Source: an uncultured Gammaproteobacteria bacterium (GTDB taxonomy: Bacteria > Patescibacteriota > Patescibacteriia > UBA9934 > GWF2-40-263). Taken from it: 62,498 nt of DNA. The notes below the pieces were generated by a model that saw only the letters and a list, made by a program, of their open reading frames with translations, did not search any database and was not told where the DNA came from. Both the position numbers and the translations under genes were made by a program. Shown here one piece after another: positions 7,672 to 16,575 of this stretch (the stretch's first letter is position 1; the number at the start of each line of letters is the position of its first letter). The stretch spans positions 1 to 62,498 of the forward strand of contig CAYHRJ010000001.1 in NCBI GenBank assembly GCA_964359095.1. The letters run 5' to 3'.

Positions 7672-9237
7672 TTACACCACGCTTCCTCCAAACTCTGCGA
7701 GTAGTTCTTGCACGGCTGCCTCCTCTGGTCTCTTGGACTGGATGGCTTTGATCTTCATCCTCCTTCCCAAAACTCTTTCAAACACATCCTCGATGGTCTT
7801 TCTGTTTTTATCCTGATTCACGGTTTGAACGTACAGGTCATATTCAAACCCAAGTTCTACTTTGTCGTCCACTACACCACGCACTTCACACGATTGCATA
7901 AACAAAGGTAGAGACGCGTTGCACGACTTGATCTGTTCATAGACCTGCGGCCATTTTTCTTTGACATCTTCGATGCTGATGACGGGAATTGTGTCGAAGA
8001 CTGTTTCGGATGTGTCATTTTGATGGAGCACGGGGACAGGAACCACCTCTTCAATCGAACCCAGGCTCCCACCTTCGCTTCCGCCGTCGCCAAGGCTATG
8101 GCGGACAAGAAAGCTACGGTGGGCAGGAAAGCCTGGGGCTACCTCAATAGTCTCAACTCGACTCGAATCAACCTCCTGTTTCTGAAAATCATTTTTTGTT
8201 TCTTGTCTTACTCCGCAAATTCTGATAATAGAGAGCTCCACAGGAAGCTGTGGGATATGTTCTGAACGAATCAATCGCTCGGCGGCAAGAAGTTCCTCAA
8301 TCGCTCGGCAGAGGAACACAGGGTCGAATGATGTTTCTTTTTGAGAGACCGACTCCAGTAACCGATCACGTAACCAAGAGGTCGTGTCTGCGAGAAACTG
8401 ATGAAGATCGACGCCTTGATCAAGATATGTGTTCAACAATGCAATGGAACCTGAGGCGTCGAGCCTCCCCAGTGCACCAACAAACTCCTCGACCAATACC
8501 AACTGTGTCGCGGGCAAAACAAGCGATGCTTCTTTCATGGTGATCTGTTTCTCCCCAAGCGCTAAAACTTGTCCAAGCAGGGACTCCGCGTCGCGCGCAC
8601 AGCCTCCACTGTGTCTGGCAATCGCTTGAAGAACGTCGACGTCCACCTTCACGCCTTCCTCTTTTACAATTCCCTCCATTCGACGCACCAGTTCCTCAGA
8701 TGAAATTTTTTTAAAATCAAAACGCGCACAGCGACTGATGATCGTCTCAGGAACTTTGTGAATCTCTGTTGTGGCAAGAATAAAAAGCGCGTGCTCAGGT
8801 GGTTCTTCCAAGGTTTTCAGAAGCGCGTTAAACGCGGAACCAGAAAGCATGTGAACTTCGTCAATGATGTAGATCTTTTTTTTGAGCGAGCTCGGAGCAA
8901 AACGAACCGACTGAATGATATTCTCTCGCACATGCTCCACGTCTGTGTGGGAAGCTGCATCGATCTCAAACACATCGAGTGCTGTTCCAGACATAACCTG
9001 CTTACAGGCGGTACAGGCATTGCACGGCTCATTTTTTTTTGGATTCAAACAATTCACGAGTTTCGCTAACAATCGCGCGAGTGTGGTTTTACCAACACCA
9101 CGCGGACCCGTAAACAAATAAGCGTGAGTCAAGGACTCAGAGCCAAATTGATTTTGAAGGGTTTTTACGACGTGGTTTTGCCCACTCACCTCTTCAAATG
9201 TTGTTGGTCGATAGATGCGATAAATCGCTTTGGACAT
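7672..9237 (-). CDS. dnaX: DNA polymerase III subunit gamma/tau
   Basis: GPRGVGKTT Walker A, a CNACTAC zinc module, DEVHMLS and the SRC motif. It carries an in-frame PE-A repeat. Confidence 0.9.
   Translation of the reverse strand: MSKAIYRIYRPTTFEEVSGQNHVVKTLQNQFGSESLTHAYLFTGPRGVGKTTLARLLAKLVNCLNPKKNEPCNACTACKQVMSGTALDVFEIDAASHTDVEHVRENIIQSVRFAPSSLKKKIYIIDEVHMLSGSAFNALLKTLEEPPEHALFILATTEIHKVPETIISRCARFDFKKISSEELVRRMEGIVKEEGVKVDVDVLQAIARHSGGCARDAESLLGQVLALGEKQITMKEASLVLPATQLVLVEEFVGALGRLDASGSIALLNTYLDQGVDLHQFLADTTSWLRDRLLESVSQKETSFDPVFLCRAIEELLAAERLIRSEHIPQLPVELSIIRICGVRQETKNDFQKQEVDSSRVETIEVAPGFPAHRSFLVRHSLGDGGSEGGSLGSIEEVVPVPVLHQNDTSETVFDTIPVISIEDVKEKWPQVYEQIKSCNASLPLFMQSCEVRGVVDDKVELGFEYDLYVQTVNQDKNRKTIEDVFERVLGRRMKIKAIQSKRPEEAAVQELLAEFGGSVV
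8056..8146. repeat. PE-A palindromic element, in-frame copy inside dnaX
   Basis: 88/91 identical to 6508-6598. It is translated as APGFPAHRSFLVRHSLGDGGSEGGSLGS. Confidence 0.85.
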
Positions 9238-9240
9238 ATT

Positions 9241-9320
9241 GGGGAGGTTGTAGGTAGTAGGTTTTAGGTGGTAGGAGGAATTCGAAATTGGATTCCTACA
9301 ACCTACTGCCTAAAACCTAA
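9241..9320. repeat. TAGG-rich intercistronic hairpin (PE-D) upstream of dnaX
   Basis: Contains the exact 18-mer TAGGTTTTAGGTGGTAGG (9258-9275), shared with 19039-19056 and 46385-46402. The right arm is attcctacaacctactgcctaaaacc. Confidence 0.8.
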
Positions 9321-9943
9321 TGGCTTATTCGTTCCACGGCAGCCCAGCCACACGCCCCTCCTGCTGGAACCAGAATGACGACCTCGTCTCCTGGGATTCC
9401 TTTGAAGTAGGACACGCTCGCCGCAAGCACGTTATACACGTCCTCCCCGCACATCACAACCGGCACCTGTGTGGAAGCATCGACGGCGAGCCTTCCCACC
9501 AAACGGGTGCGTGCGATCGGCGCAATTTGCTTGAAGACACTCGTGCCGTCTGAACGAATGACGAGTTTCAACATGTCTCCTTCGACGAGCTTAGATTTTG
9601 AAGCGTAATTTTCTGGCACGGCATAGCGTGCACCATCGGCACCGACCATGGCTTGCCCATCAAACACGCCCTCCAACACTCGAGATCCCGCCGTAATCTC
9701 GAGCTCGGCTTCTGTCCGTTTTTTGTTGGATACAAAGTCAACCATCTGTCGCGTTGCACGCGTGGTATCGCCTTCTTCGAGCAGTTGAATAACATGATTC
9801 ATGCTATCTCGCACAGCCTTCAACATCTGCAGCGCCAAACGACCACGGACTTCACCATGCTCCGCGCGATTGGCATGAAGCGAGACATCAGGCTCCACTT
9901 CAAATGTCTCTTCTTCAATTTCTTCATCCGAAAATGTGTACAT
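9317..9943 (-). CDS. Hypothetical protein (acidic N-terminus)
   Basis: 208-aa ORF, tightly packed between dnaX and the ATPase gene. No motif recognised. Confidence 0.6.
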   Translation of the reverse strand: MYTFSDEEIEEETFEVEPDVSLHANRAEHGEVRGRLALQMLKAVRDSMNHVIQLLEEGDTTRATRQMVDFVSNKKRTEAELEITAGSRVLEGVFDGQAMVGADGARYAVPENYASKSKLVEGDMLKLVIRSDGTSVFKQIAPIARTRLVGRLAVDASTQVPVVMCGEDVYNVLAASVSYFKGIPGDEVVILVPAGGACGWAAVERISH

Positions 9944-9945
9944 AA

Positions 9946-12495
9946 TTAGAATTCACCTGGCCTGGTGTTGACCGGCCCCAAATTCACCATCTGCATCCTC
10001 TCTGTGAGATCTGCCGTAACAATCGCGCGGTCACGTCCGTACTTGAGGCGCGAAAGCTCCTTGATCGCGGTTGCGAGTTCGACATCTCCTTTCGGCGGCG
10101 GTTTGAAGTTGAGCGTAAATGGTTTGATCTGCGCGTTGTCGACAATCATTTTCACGTACCATGTAAACTTATCCGAGTTGATCATATCATATCCAGAAAA
10201 GTCCGGCGCATAGAGTTTCTCGAGCGTTTCCACGTCTTCTGGTCCAATGCGCGCGACAAAGTTTGTTCCCACGTTTCCAAATACCGCGTCGCGAATTTTC
10301 GTGTCATTATTTTTGACTAGCTGTCCGATGTACTGGTGAGCAATAATGAGATTGAGACGATATTTGCGTGCCTCGGACAAAATCGTCGCGATCGAATCCG
10401 TGATGAAATTTTGAAACTCATCGATATACAAGTAAAAATCATGACGTTGCTCCTCAGGAATATCCGCGCGTGTCAGTGCTGCCATCTGGAGCTTGGACAC
10501 AATGATAAGTCCAAGCAACTCCGCGTTCACATCACCTGTTTTTCCCTTGGAAAGATTCACGAGCAAAATCTTTTTCTTATCCATGACTTCACGGAAGTCA
10601 AAGCTCGATCGTGTCTGACCAATGATGTTTCGCATCATTTCATTTTCAACGAATCGACCGACTTTTGAAATCAGATACCCAAGCATTTCTGATTTATGAA
10701 AATCGGAGGTCTTGTCTACCTCGTTAATCCAATAGGACTGAATGACTGGATCGGTAACTTTTGCTCGCCATTTCTGCTGGAAATCCACGTCGGAGAACAT
10801 GCGTGGAATTTCCGCAATCGTGCCTGGATTTTCCGTGTCCGCCATGAGGGTGAGCATCACGTTTCGCATGTGGTGCTCAAACATGGGGCCGATCATCTCT
10901 GGTGGAAACAACTTGTAGAAAATCGCGACCATTTCTTGAGCAGCAAAATCTTTCATGCTTTCGTCCTTGGCTTCCAGCATGTTGAGACCCATGGGACGGT
11001 CAACGTCTGATGGGTTGAACACAATCACATCATCGACACGCTCCTTGGGGATGTTGCCAAGGATCAGCTCGATGAGATCGCCGTGCGGCTCGACGACCGC
11101 GACGCCGTGACCAGCGCGAATGTCTTGCAGAGCCAGGCTCGCAATAAGCTGAGACTTACCCGATCCAGATTTACCGATGATATACGTGTGTCGCGTTCGA
11201 TCAAGCGACTTCATCCATACAGGTGTCTTGATCCCGCGGAACATGTTGTAACCAAGTTCGATGTCGCCATCTTCAGGACCAGGAACATTCGACGGAGCCG
11301 ATCCTTTTCGAGCGAGCAACCATTGAATATTGGGCGTCTCGGTCCACGGCGTTGGCAAATGCCAAACGCTCGCCATCTCCTCGGCATTCAACACAATCGT
11401 GTTGCGTTCATCGAACGTCCGATAAATAAAATTCTGAATGATGCGTTTCTTCCGATGCGGAACAACCTTCACGAATGAGTTGCCATACTCGTAGATGTTG
11501 AACTGAGCAAAGGCATTCAACATGTTTTGCATGAGCGTCTGTGCTGCATCTGCCGTTGAGGATGCACTCACCAAACGCACACACACGTCCATACCAGCCT
11601 TACTCGCTTTTTCCTGAAGACCCTTGACCATCTGATCTTCCAGTGGAGAAAGACGATAATCTTTTTCTGGTTCTTTTTGTTTCTCTCCACCCAATCCTGC
11701 CAGTTCCAAGTAATCGGTTTTCTTTGCCTTCTTCCCTTTGATCGCTTCGTCTAATTTCATTCCTTGCTGCATGTTTGAGGCTATCTTGATTCCCAGCTTC
11801 CGCCACGAACCACGTGAAGATCGCACCAGGAACTGAAACGCCGCACCGTCTCCTTCCGGAATCTTCGAGAGAACATTCGTGATCGCGCTCAACGGATCTT
11901 TTTCAAGGGTGGTGTACGTCTTGATCGGAAAAGCATTTTGTCGACGAAACACGAGATGGCTTCCGACAATCACACCTTTGGGCTGAAAGATGTTGTAGTC
12001 CTCAACTTCCTCAATATACACATCTGAATAGGCAGCCGAGATTTGTTGTTCAACAAGGTTGCGCATTGCAAACGGAACCGAGATGTAAAACTTGATCAAT
12101 TTTTTTTGCGAGACAATTTCAAAGGAGACTTCGTCAGAACGTCCAAACAACCATGCGTGAAATCCGTGCTGTGCCTTGAGTCCGCCTATGGCAGAGAAAA
12201 AAATCTCAGCCGCCGCGACAGCTTCTTTGACTTGTTCTTTTGTTCCCCCGCTCTTGCTTTCTTCTTCACGACGAAATTTTGGCAGAGTCACCAACAGCGT
12301 CACGCGATTAAACGTGGCTTGTTTGGCGCGTGCGTAGCGACGAAGAAAAAAACGAATCACAAACAAAAGGCCAATGACGATCAGCAGACCGCCCATGAAC
12401 CACAAAATCAATCCAGAAAGATAAAGATCCCCCTGTGTCACAACTCGCACAGGATCGGTGTTTGTCTGCAATCCAAATTGAAATAAACTCATCAC
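9946..12495 (-). CDS. VirD4/TraD-like (type IV coupling protein family) membrane-anchored P-loop ATPase
   Basis: Has an N-terminal transmembrane segment, a GKSGSGKS Walker A, YIDEFQNF Walker B and an AHQ motif. 849 aa. Confidence 0.7.
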   Translation of the reverse strand: MMSLFQFGLQTNTDPVRVVTQGDLYLSGLILWFMGGLLIVIGLLFVIRFFLRRYARAKQATFNRVTLLVTLPKFRREEESKSGGTKEQVKEAVAAAEIFFSAIGGLKAQHGFHAWLFGRSDEVSFEIVSQKKLIKFYISVPFAMRNLVEQQISAAYSDVYIEEVEDYNIFQPKGVIVGSHLVFRRQNAFPIKTYTTLEKDPLSAITNVLSKIPEGDGAAFQFLVRSSRGSWRKLGIKIASNMQQGMKLDEAIKGKKAKKTDYLELAGLGGEKQKEPEKDYRLSPLEDQMVKGLQEKASKAGMDVCVRLVSASSTADAAQTLMQNMLNAFAQFNIYEYGNSFVKVVPHRKKRIIQNFIYRTFDERNTIVLNAEEMASVWHLPTPWTETPNIQWLLARKGSAPSNVPGPEDGDIELGYNMFRGIKTPVWMKSLDRTRHTYIIGKSGSGKSQLIASLALQDIRAGHGVAVVEPHGDLIELILGNIPKERVDDVIVFNPSDVDRPMGLNMLEAKDESMKDFAAQEMVAIFYKLFPPEMIGPMFEHHMRNVMLTLMADTENPGTIAEIPRMFSDVDFQQKWRAKVTDPVIQSYWINEVDKTSDFHKSEMLGYLISKVGRFVENEMMRNIIGQTRSSFDFREVMDKKKILLVNLSKGKTGDVNAELLGLIIVSKLQMAALTRADIPEEQRHDFYLYIDEFQNFITDSIATILSEARKYRLNLIIAHQYIGQLVKNNDTKIRDAVFGNVGTNFVARIGPEDVETLEKLYAPDFSGYDMINSDKFTWYVKMIVDNAQIKPFTLNFKPPPKGDVELATAIKELSRLKYGRDRAIVTADLTERMQMVNLGPVNTRPGEF

Positions 12496-13016
12496 ACCTC
12501 CTTGTGTTGTTTTTGTTCCTCCTCACTTATGAGAAGAATTTTATCTGTTTTGATCTTTGCCTCCTGCTCCAAAAAAAATCGATTCACTCCTGGAATGATC
12601 TTCATCCAGTCACGAATGAGCTGAAAAATTTTCTTAGCGTTTACTTTGACAGCCCGAACAAGCTCACGAACTTTTGAAGCCGTTTCTTCGCCTTTTGTTT
12701 TAAATTCCTGCTGCTTGTCAGGCGGCATTGCAAGATAGATGTCTGTGAGATTCTCCGACAAAATGCTCTCGATTTCTTTTGCGAGTCGGTCGATCTTGGC
12801 TTTTGGTTGGACAGGAGTGACACGCAGTGAGGAAGGAGCGGAAATTTCAGCCTGTCCTCCCTCGGACTCAGCCGCAACTGTTGCTTCAGATCTGGCTGGC
12901 TCAGCTCGTTCGATCGGCTCAGGAGTGCGGATTTGCTCCTGAGGAATTTTAACCATGTCCGGCGATTCAGCCTGAGATCCAACCTTCGCTTCTTTTGTTT
13001 GCAGAGGCGTATTCAT
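12492..13016 (-). CDS. Hypothetical protein
   Basis: 174-aa ORF whose stop overlaps the start of the ATPase gene by 4 nt. The N-terminus is low-complexity. Confidence 0.55.
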   Translation of the reverse strand: MNTPLQTKEAKVGSQAESPDMVKIPQEQIRTPEPIERAEPARSEATVAAESEGGQAEISAPSSLRVTPVQPKAKIDRLAKEIESILSENLTDIYLAMPPDKQQEFKTKGEETASKVRELVRAVKVNAKKIFQLIRDWMKIIPGVNRFFLEQEAKIKTDKILLISEEEQKQHKEV

Positions 13017-13035
13017 CGCGTCTATTTTACCACAA

Positions 13036-13065
13036 AAAGAAAAAACCGCGGGTTATCCCCACGGT
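13036..13065 (-). terminator. Intrinsic terminator after cysS
   Basis: accgtgggg/cccgcggt stem, then TTTTTTCTTTTT on the minus strand. Confidence 0.6.
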
Positions 13066-13067
13066 CT

Positions 13068-14477
13068 TTAGGCTTTTTTCACTTTCGATCCATCGGCTGT
13101 ATCCTCAATCACATATCCGAGCTTCTCAATGTCCACTCTCAGCTCGTCTGAACGCTTCCAATCCTTTTGTTTCCGAGCTTCCTCGCGATCGTTCACCAGC
13201 TGTTGAACCTCCAATGGGATTTCAAGAGCATGTCCGACATAGTCCTTTAGCCGCAGACCCAGCACCTGATCCATACGCAAAATCGACTCCGCCTTAGCAT
13301 TCGTTGGAAGATCCGCATTCACCAATTCCCATACAACCGCCAAGGTTTGTGGGGTATTGAGATCGTCATTCATGGCTGCAAAAAATTTTTCTTCGATCTC
13401 TGCGCAACCCACATCAGGCTCATCCCAACCGCGAACGGTTTCTCGGAGTTTCGTAAGCGCATTTGCTGCAGCATCAAGCGCTTCAAAGGTAAAGTTAATC
13501 TGTGAACGGTAATGCGCTCCCAACACAAAATACCGAAACGCAAGCGGGTCATAACCTTTAGCAATCAAATCATCGATCGTGTAGAGGTTTCCAAGCGACT
13601 TAGACATCTTTCCATTGTCGACGGTGAGGAATTCGCTGTGCATCCACACGTTGGCTTCAAGCTCACCTTCCGCACCTTGCGTCTGCGCGATCTCGTTTTC
13701 ATGATGAACACCAATATGATCCACGCCGCCTGTGTGAATATCAAACGGAACATCGAGATACTTCATCGACATCGCCGAACACTCAATGTGCCAGCCAGGG
13801 AAACCAACTCCCCACGGAGAATCCCACTGCATTTCACGCACCGCCAAATGTCCTGAGCTTGCTTGCAGTGAGCTTGTCGAACCTGTCGAAGGGCTCGACT
13901 TCCACAACGCAAAGTCTGTCGCGTTTCGTTTCTCTCCCATGTCGACGCGAGCTCCCGCGAGTTTGTCCTCACTCTTTTGTCCAGAAAGCCTCCCGTAGGA
14001 CTCAAGCTTCGCCGTATCAAAATAAATCCCGTCAGACGTTTTATAGGTAAACCCATTTTTCTCGAGCGCCTGAATCATGTCGATCTGCTCGGCAATATGC
14101 TCTGTGGCTTTTGGATAGATGCTCGCGTGCTTCATGTTCAACCGATCCACATCTTTCAAAAACGCGTCTGTGTAAAACTGCGCGATCTCGTGTGCGGTCT
14201 TCCCTTCCCGCCGCATCGCCACTATCATTTTGTCCTCACCTTCGTCCACGTCACCCGTGAGATGTCCAACGTCGGTGATGTTCATAACCTGCTTTACCTC
14301 ATAGCCATTTGCTCTCAATGCACGCGAAAGAACATCCACGAACAAGAAATAGCGCATGTTCCCAATGTGAGCAAACCAATAAACCGTCGGACCGCACGCA
14401 TAAAGCGAAACCTTGCCTTCATGAATCGGATTAAATTCCTCCTCCTGCCGCGTGAGGGTGTTGTAGAGATGAAGCAT
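13068..14477 (-). CDS. cysS: Cysteine--tRNA ligase
   Basis: HIGN (AHIGNMR) and KMSKS class I motifs, with CysRS-typical length. Confidence 0.92.
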   Translation of the reverse strand: MLHLYNTLTRQEEEFNPIHEGKVSLYACGPTVYWFAHIGNMRYFLFVDVLSRALRANGYEVKQVMNITDVGHLTGDVDEGEDKMIVAMRREGKTAHEIAQFYTDAFLKDVDRLNMKHASIYPKATEHIAEQIDMIQALEKNGFTYKTSDGIYFDTAKLESYGRLSGQKSEDKLAGARVDMGEKRNATDFALWKSSPSTGSTSSLQASSGHLAVREMQWDSPWGVGFPGWHIECSAMSMKYLDVPFDIHTGGVDHIGVHHENEIAQTQGAEGELEANVWMHSEFLTVDNGKMSKSLGNLYTIDDLIAKGYDPLAFRYFVLGAHYRSQINFTFEALDAAANALTKLRETVRGWDEPDVGCAEIEEKFFAAMNDDLNTPQTLAVVWELVNADLPTNAKAESILRMDQVLGLRLKDYVGHALEIPLEVQQLVNDREEARKQKDWKRSDELRVDIEKLGYVIEDTADGSKVKKA

Positions 14478-14515
14478 ATCAAGGTCAGTATATCGGTTGA
14501 TTCACAAAAACAAAA

Positions 14516-14547
14516 GCCGCCCTTGATGAGTTAGGGCGGACTTTTTG
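14516..14547. terminator. Bidirectional hairpin terminator
   Basis: gccgccc...gggcgg stem flanked by A-runs and T-runs on both sides. Confidence 0.6.
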
Positions 14548-14548
14548 C

Positions 14549-15325
14549 TTATTCTCGAATGTCTGAGTTACCTTCCTGATTCTCTTGTCGATGCTCCCTC
14601 TTCACCTCGCGAGGTGTTTGTTCCTCGAACAGATGAATGCGGTCTGCATCGATCTCAGTGAAATACTCATTGGAATCCTTGTTCACATCTCCTTCTGCAT
14701 GGATTCTGTCACCGACCTCGATGGCTGATTCGTCCACTTCCTCACCATCCTCGTTGATGACGGTGTCATCGTTGTAAGTGATGAAAATATATTGTTCCTC
14801 ATCATCTTCTTCACTATCCTTGGGTCGCATCGCCTTCACGAGAATCGTATTGGCGCTCGTGTCGATCTCGACGACTTCGCCGACATGGAACTTCGGTTGT
14901 GGCGGTCGGTTGGAGATAAATTCTGCGCTGATCGTGAGCTCTTCGAGATTCACGTCGCCTCGGACAAAGATTTCCTCGCCTGCGGCAAGATCATCCGCGC
15001 TTGCATCTTCACCTCCTAGCTGATACTTCGTTTCGTCAGTGACGCTGATCGTGACCGTGTCGCCATCGTCAATACCTTGTTCCTCACTCACTTCCGGTGG
15101 AACGCGCATCAACGTTGCTTGGATTGTTCCTGAATCGTCGTCAGAAACAGAGACACTCACAATCTCCACAGCAAGACCAGGACGATTGCCATTGCCTTCA
15201 TGATGACACTTTTCTTTCTCCTCATCTTCATTGGCGAAGACGAAATAACTTGGAAGCAGAATTAGAGCAGCAAGCGCAAGAAAAGCTGCTGGATATTTTA
15301 ACGATCGAAGTGTCGCTGTTTGCAT
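14549..15325 (-). CDS. Secreted acidic repeat protein, function unknown
   Basis: Signal-peptide-like N-terminus and repeated D/E-rich modules. It is the last gene of the sigma and anti-sigma-like operon. Confidence 0.6.
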   Translation of the reverse strand: MQTATLRSLKYPAAFLALAALILLPSYFVFANEDEEKEKCHHEGNGNRPGLAVEIVSVSVSDDDSGTIQATLMRVPPEVSEEQGIDDGDTVTISVTDETKYQLGGEDASADDLAAGEEIFVRGDVNLEELTISAEFISNRPPQPKFHVGEVVEIDTSANTILVKAMRPKDSEEDDEEQYIFITYNDDTVINEDGEEVDESAIEVGDRIHAEGDVNKDSNEYFTEIDADRIHLFEEQTPREVKREHRQENQEGNSDIRE

Positions 15326-15336
15326 AAGAAAAATGG

Positions 15337-16002
15337 TTATGGTCGAGTGTCGAGATCGCTAGCACGCGCCTTTCTCTCAAACAAACGAACCTGTTCATCT
15401 TCTGAAAGCCCATGTCCTTCGACGCGCGATCGAAGGTGTGCCGGCTCTCGACTCTTTGCCTCACCCTTTTGTACACGCGCAGACAGCTCGACGTAACGGG
15501 CGTTGTGAATGGAGAGTTCTTCAATCATCTGTGCACGCAGTGCTGGATCCTGAATCTCAGGAGCAAACTCTACTACGGTTTGCTCTAGTTGATCTGCTGC
15601 GGCATCAAGCGCCTCCTGCACCTGCTCAGGCTGACGTGAAAGGTGATGTTCCCCTTCTGAGATACGTCGCTCCATCATACGCGAATGAAACTCGGCTCGT
15701 GCTTCCGGTGTGCGAGCGAGTGATTTTTCGACGGACTCAATAGACTGTTTAACCTGATACAGAGGATGACCTTCAACGACCTCAGGACTTTCATAGGCAT
15801 ACACTCCGGTTCCCATCGTAAACACAACGACGAGTGCCGTGAGTCCCACAGCACTCCAACGAAAAGAGCTTGAATGAAAAGACGTCTCTGGATACAAACA
15901 GGCGTGCTCCTGGGACAGCTTCAACCACAGGGCATCACGAAATGCTTTGGAAGGTTGTCCTTTTCGTGCAAGACGGTTTAGTTGTCGTTTGAGGAAAAAC
16001 AT
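15337..16002 (-). CDS. Putative anti-sigma factor-like membrane protein
   Basis: Single transmembrane segment after a short N-terminal domain. It starts 1 nt after the ECF sigma gene stop. The assignment is by position only. Confidence 0.5.
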   Translation of the reverse strand: MFFLKRQLNRLARKGQPSKAFRDALWLKLSQEHACLYPETSFHSSSFRWSAVGLTALVVVFTMGTGVYAYESPEVVEGHPLYQVKQSIESVEKSLARTPEARAEFHSRMMERRISEGEHHLSRQPEQVQEALDAAADQLEQTVVEFAPEIQDPALRAQMIEELSIHNARYVELSARVQKGEAKSREPAHLRSRVEGHGLSEDEQVRLFERKARASDLDTRP

Positions 16003-16003
16003 A

Positions 16004-16507
16004 TTAGGCCTCCTTCAAAAGTGATCTCAGTTTGAGAACAGCTCGATGTGTGGCGACTTTGAGTGCATCTGACGATCGTCCTAGAATCTCCGCCATCTCT
16101 GCATATGCATACCCCTCGATGTACTTGAGTGTTACGAGGCAGCGTTCTTCGATCTGGAGCTTGCCAAGCGCAGTCTCAAGCTTCGTGTGCTCCTCCCATT
16201 CCTCCATCGATCGACGACCGTCTTCTCCTACAAGCGTAAACGAGACATCCTCGAGATCCACTTGCGGTTTCTTGTCGCGGAAATAATTCGCGAGGTGATT
16301 ATGTGCGATGCGATAAATCCAAGCTGAGCGAGAAATGGCTTCGTCGTATTTTTCAAAATGCTGGAGAGCCTTGATAAAAATTTCCGACACGATATCTTGC
16401 GTCACGGTTTCATTGCGACCCACGCGAAAAAAAACGTATCGATAGATACGGTCAAGGTTCGCTTGATAAAATGCTTCAAAGGACCGTTTATCCATGACAG
16501 GTGTCAC
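16004..16507 (-). CDS. ECF-type RNA polymerase sigma-70 family factor
   Basis: Region 2 (IYRYVFFRV...DIVSEIFIKA) and a region 4 helix-turn-helix (YAEMAEILGRSSDALKVATHRA). Confidence 0.85.
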   Translation of the reverse strand: MTPVMDKRSFEAFYQANLDRIYRYVFFRVGRNETVTQDIVSEIFIKALQHFEKYDEAISRSAWIYRIAHNHLANYFRDKKPQVDLEDVSFTLVGEDGRRSMEEWEEHTKLETALGKLQIEERCLVTLKYIEGYAYAEMAEILGRSSDALKVATHRAVLKLRSLLKEA

Positions 16508-16549
16508 AACAGACTATACACGGATAATCGAAATTGGTAAGTCTGTCAA

Positions 16550-16575
16550 GACACGTCGCTCGCGAGCGACGTGTC
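16550..16575. repeat. Perfect 26-nt TCGCGA-centred palindrome (PE-B)
   Basis: gacacgtcgctcgcgagcgacgtgtc, flanked by the direct repeat tcaaga. It abuts the stop codon at 16574-16576. Confidence 0.9.
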
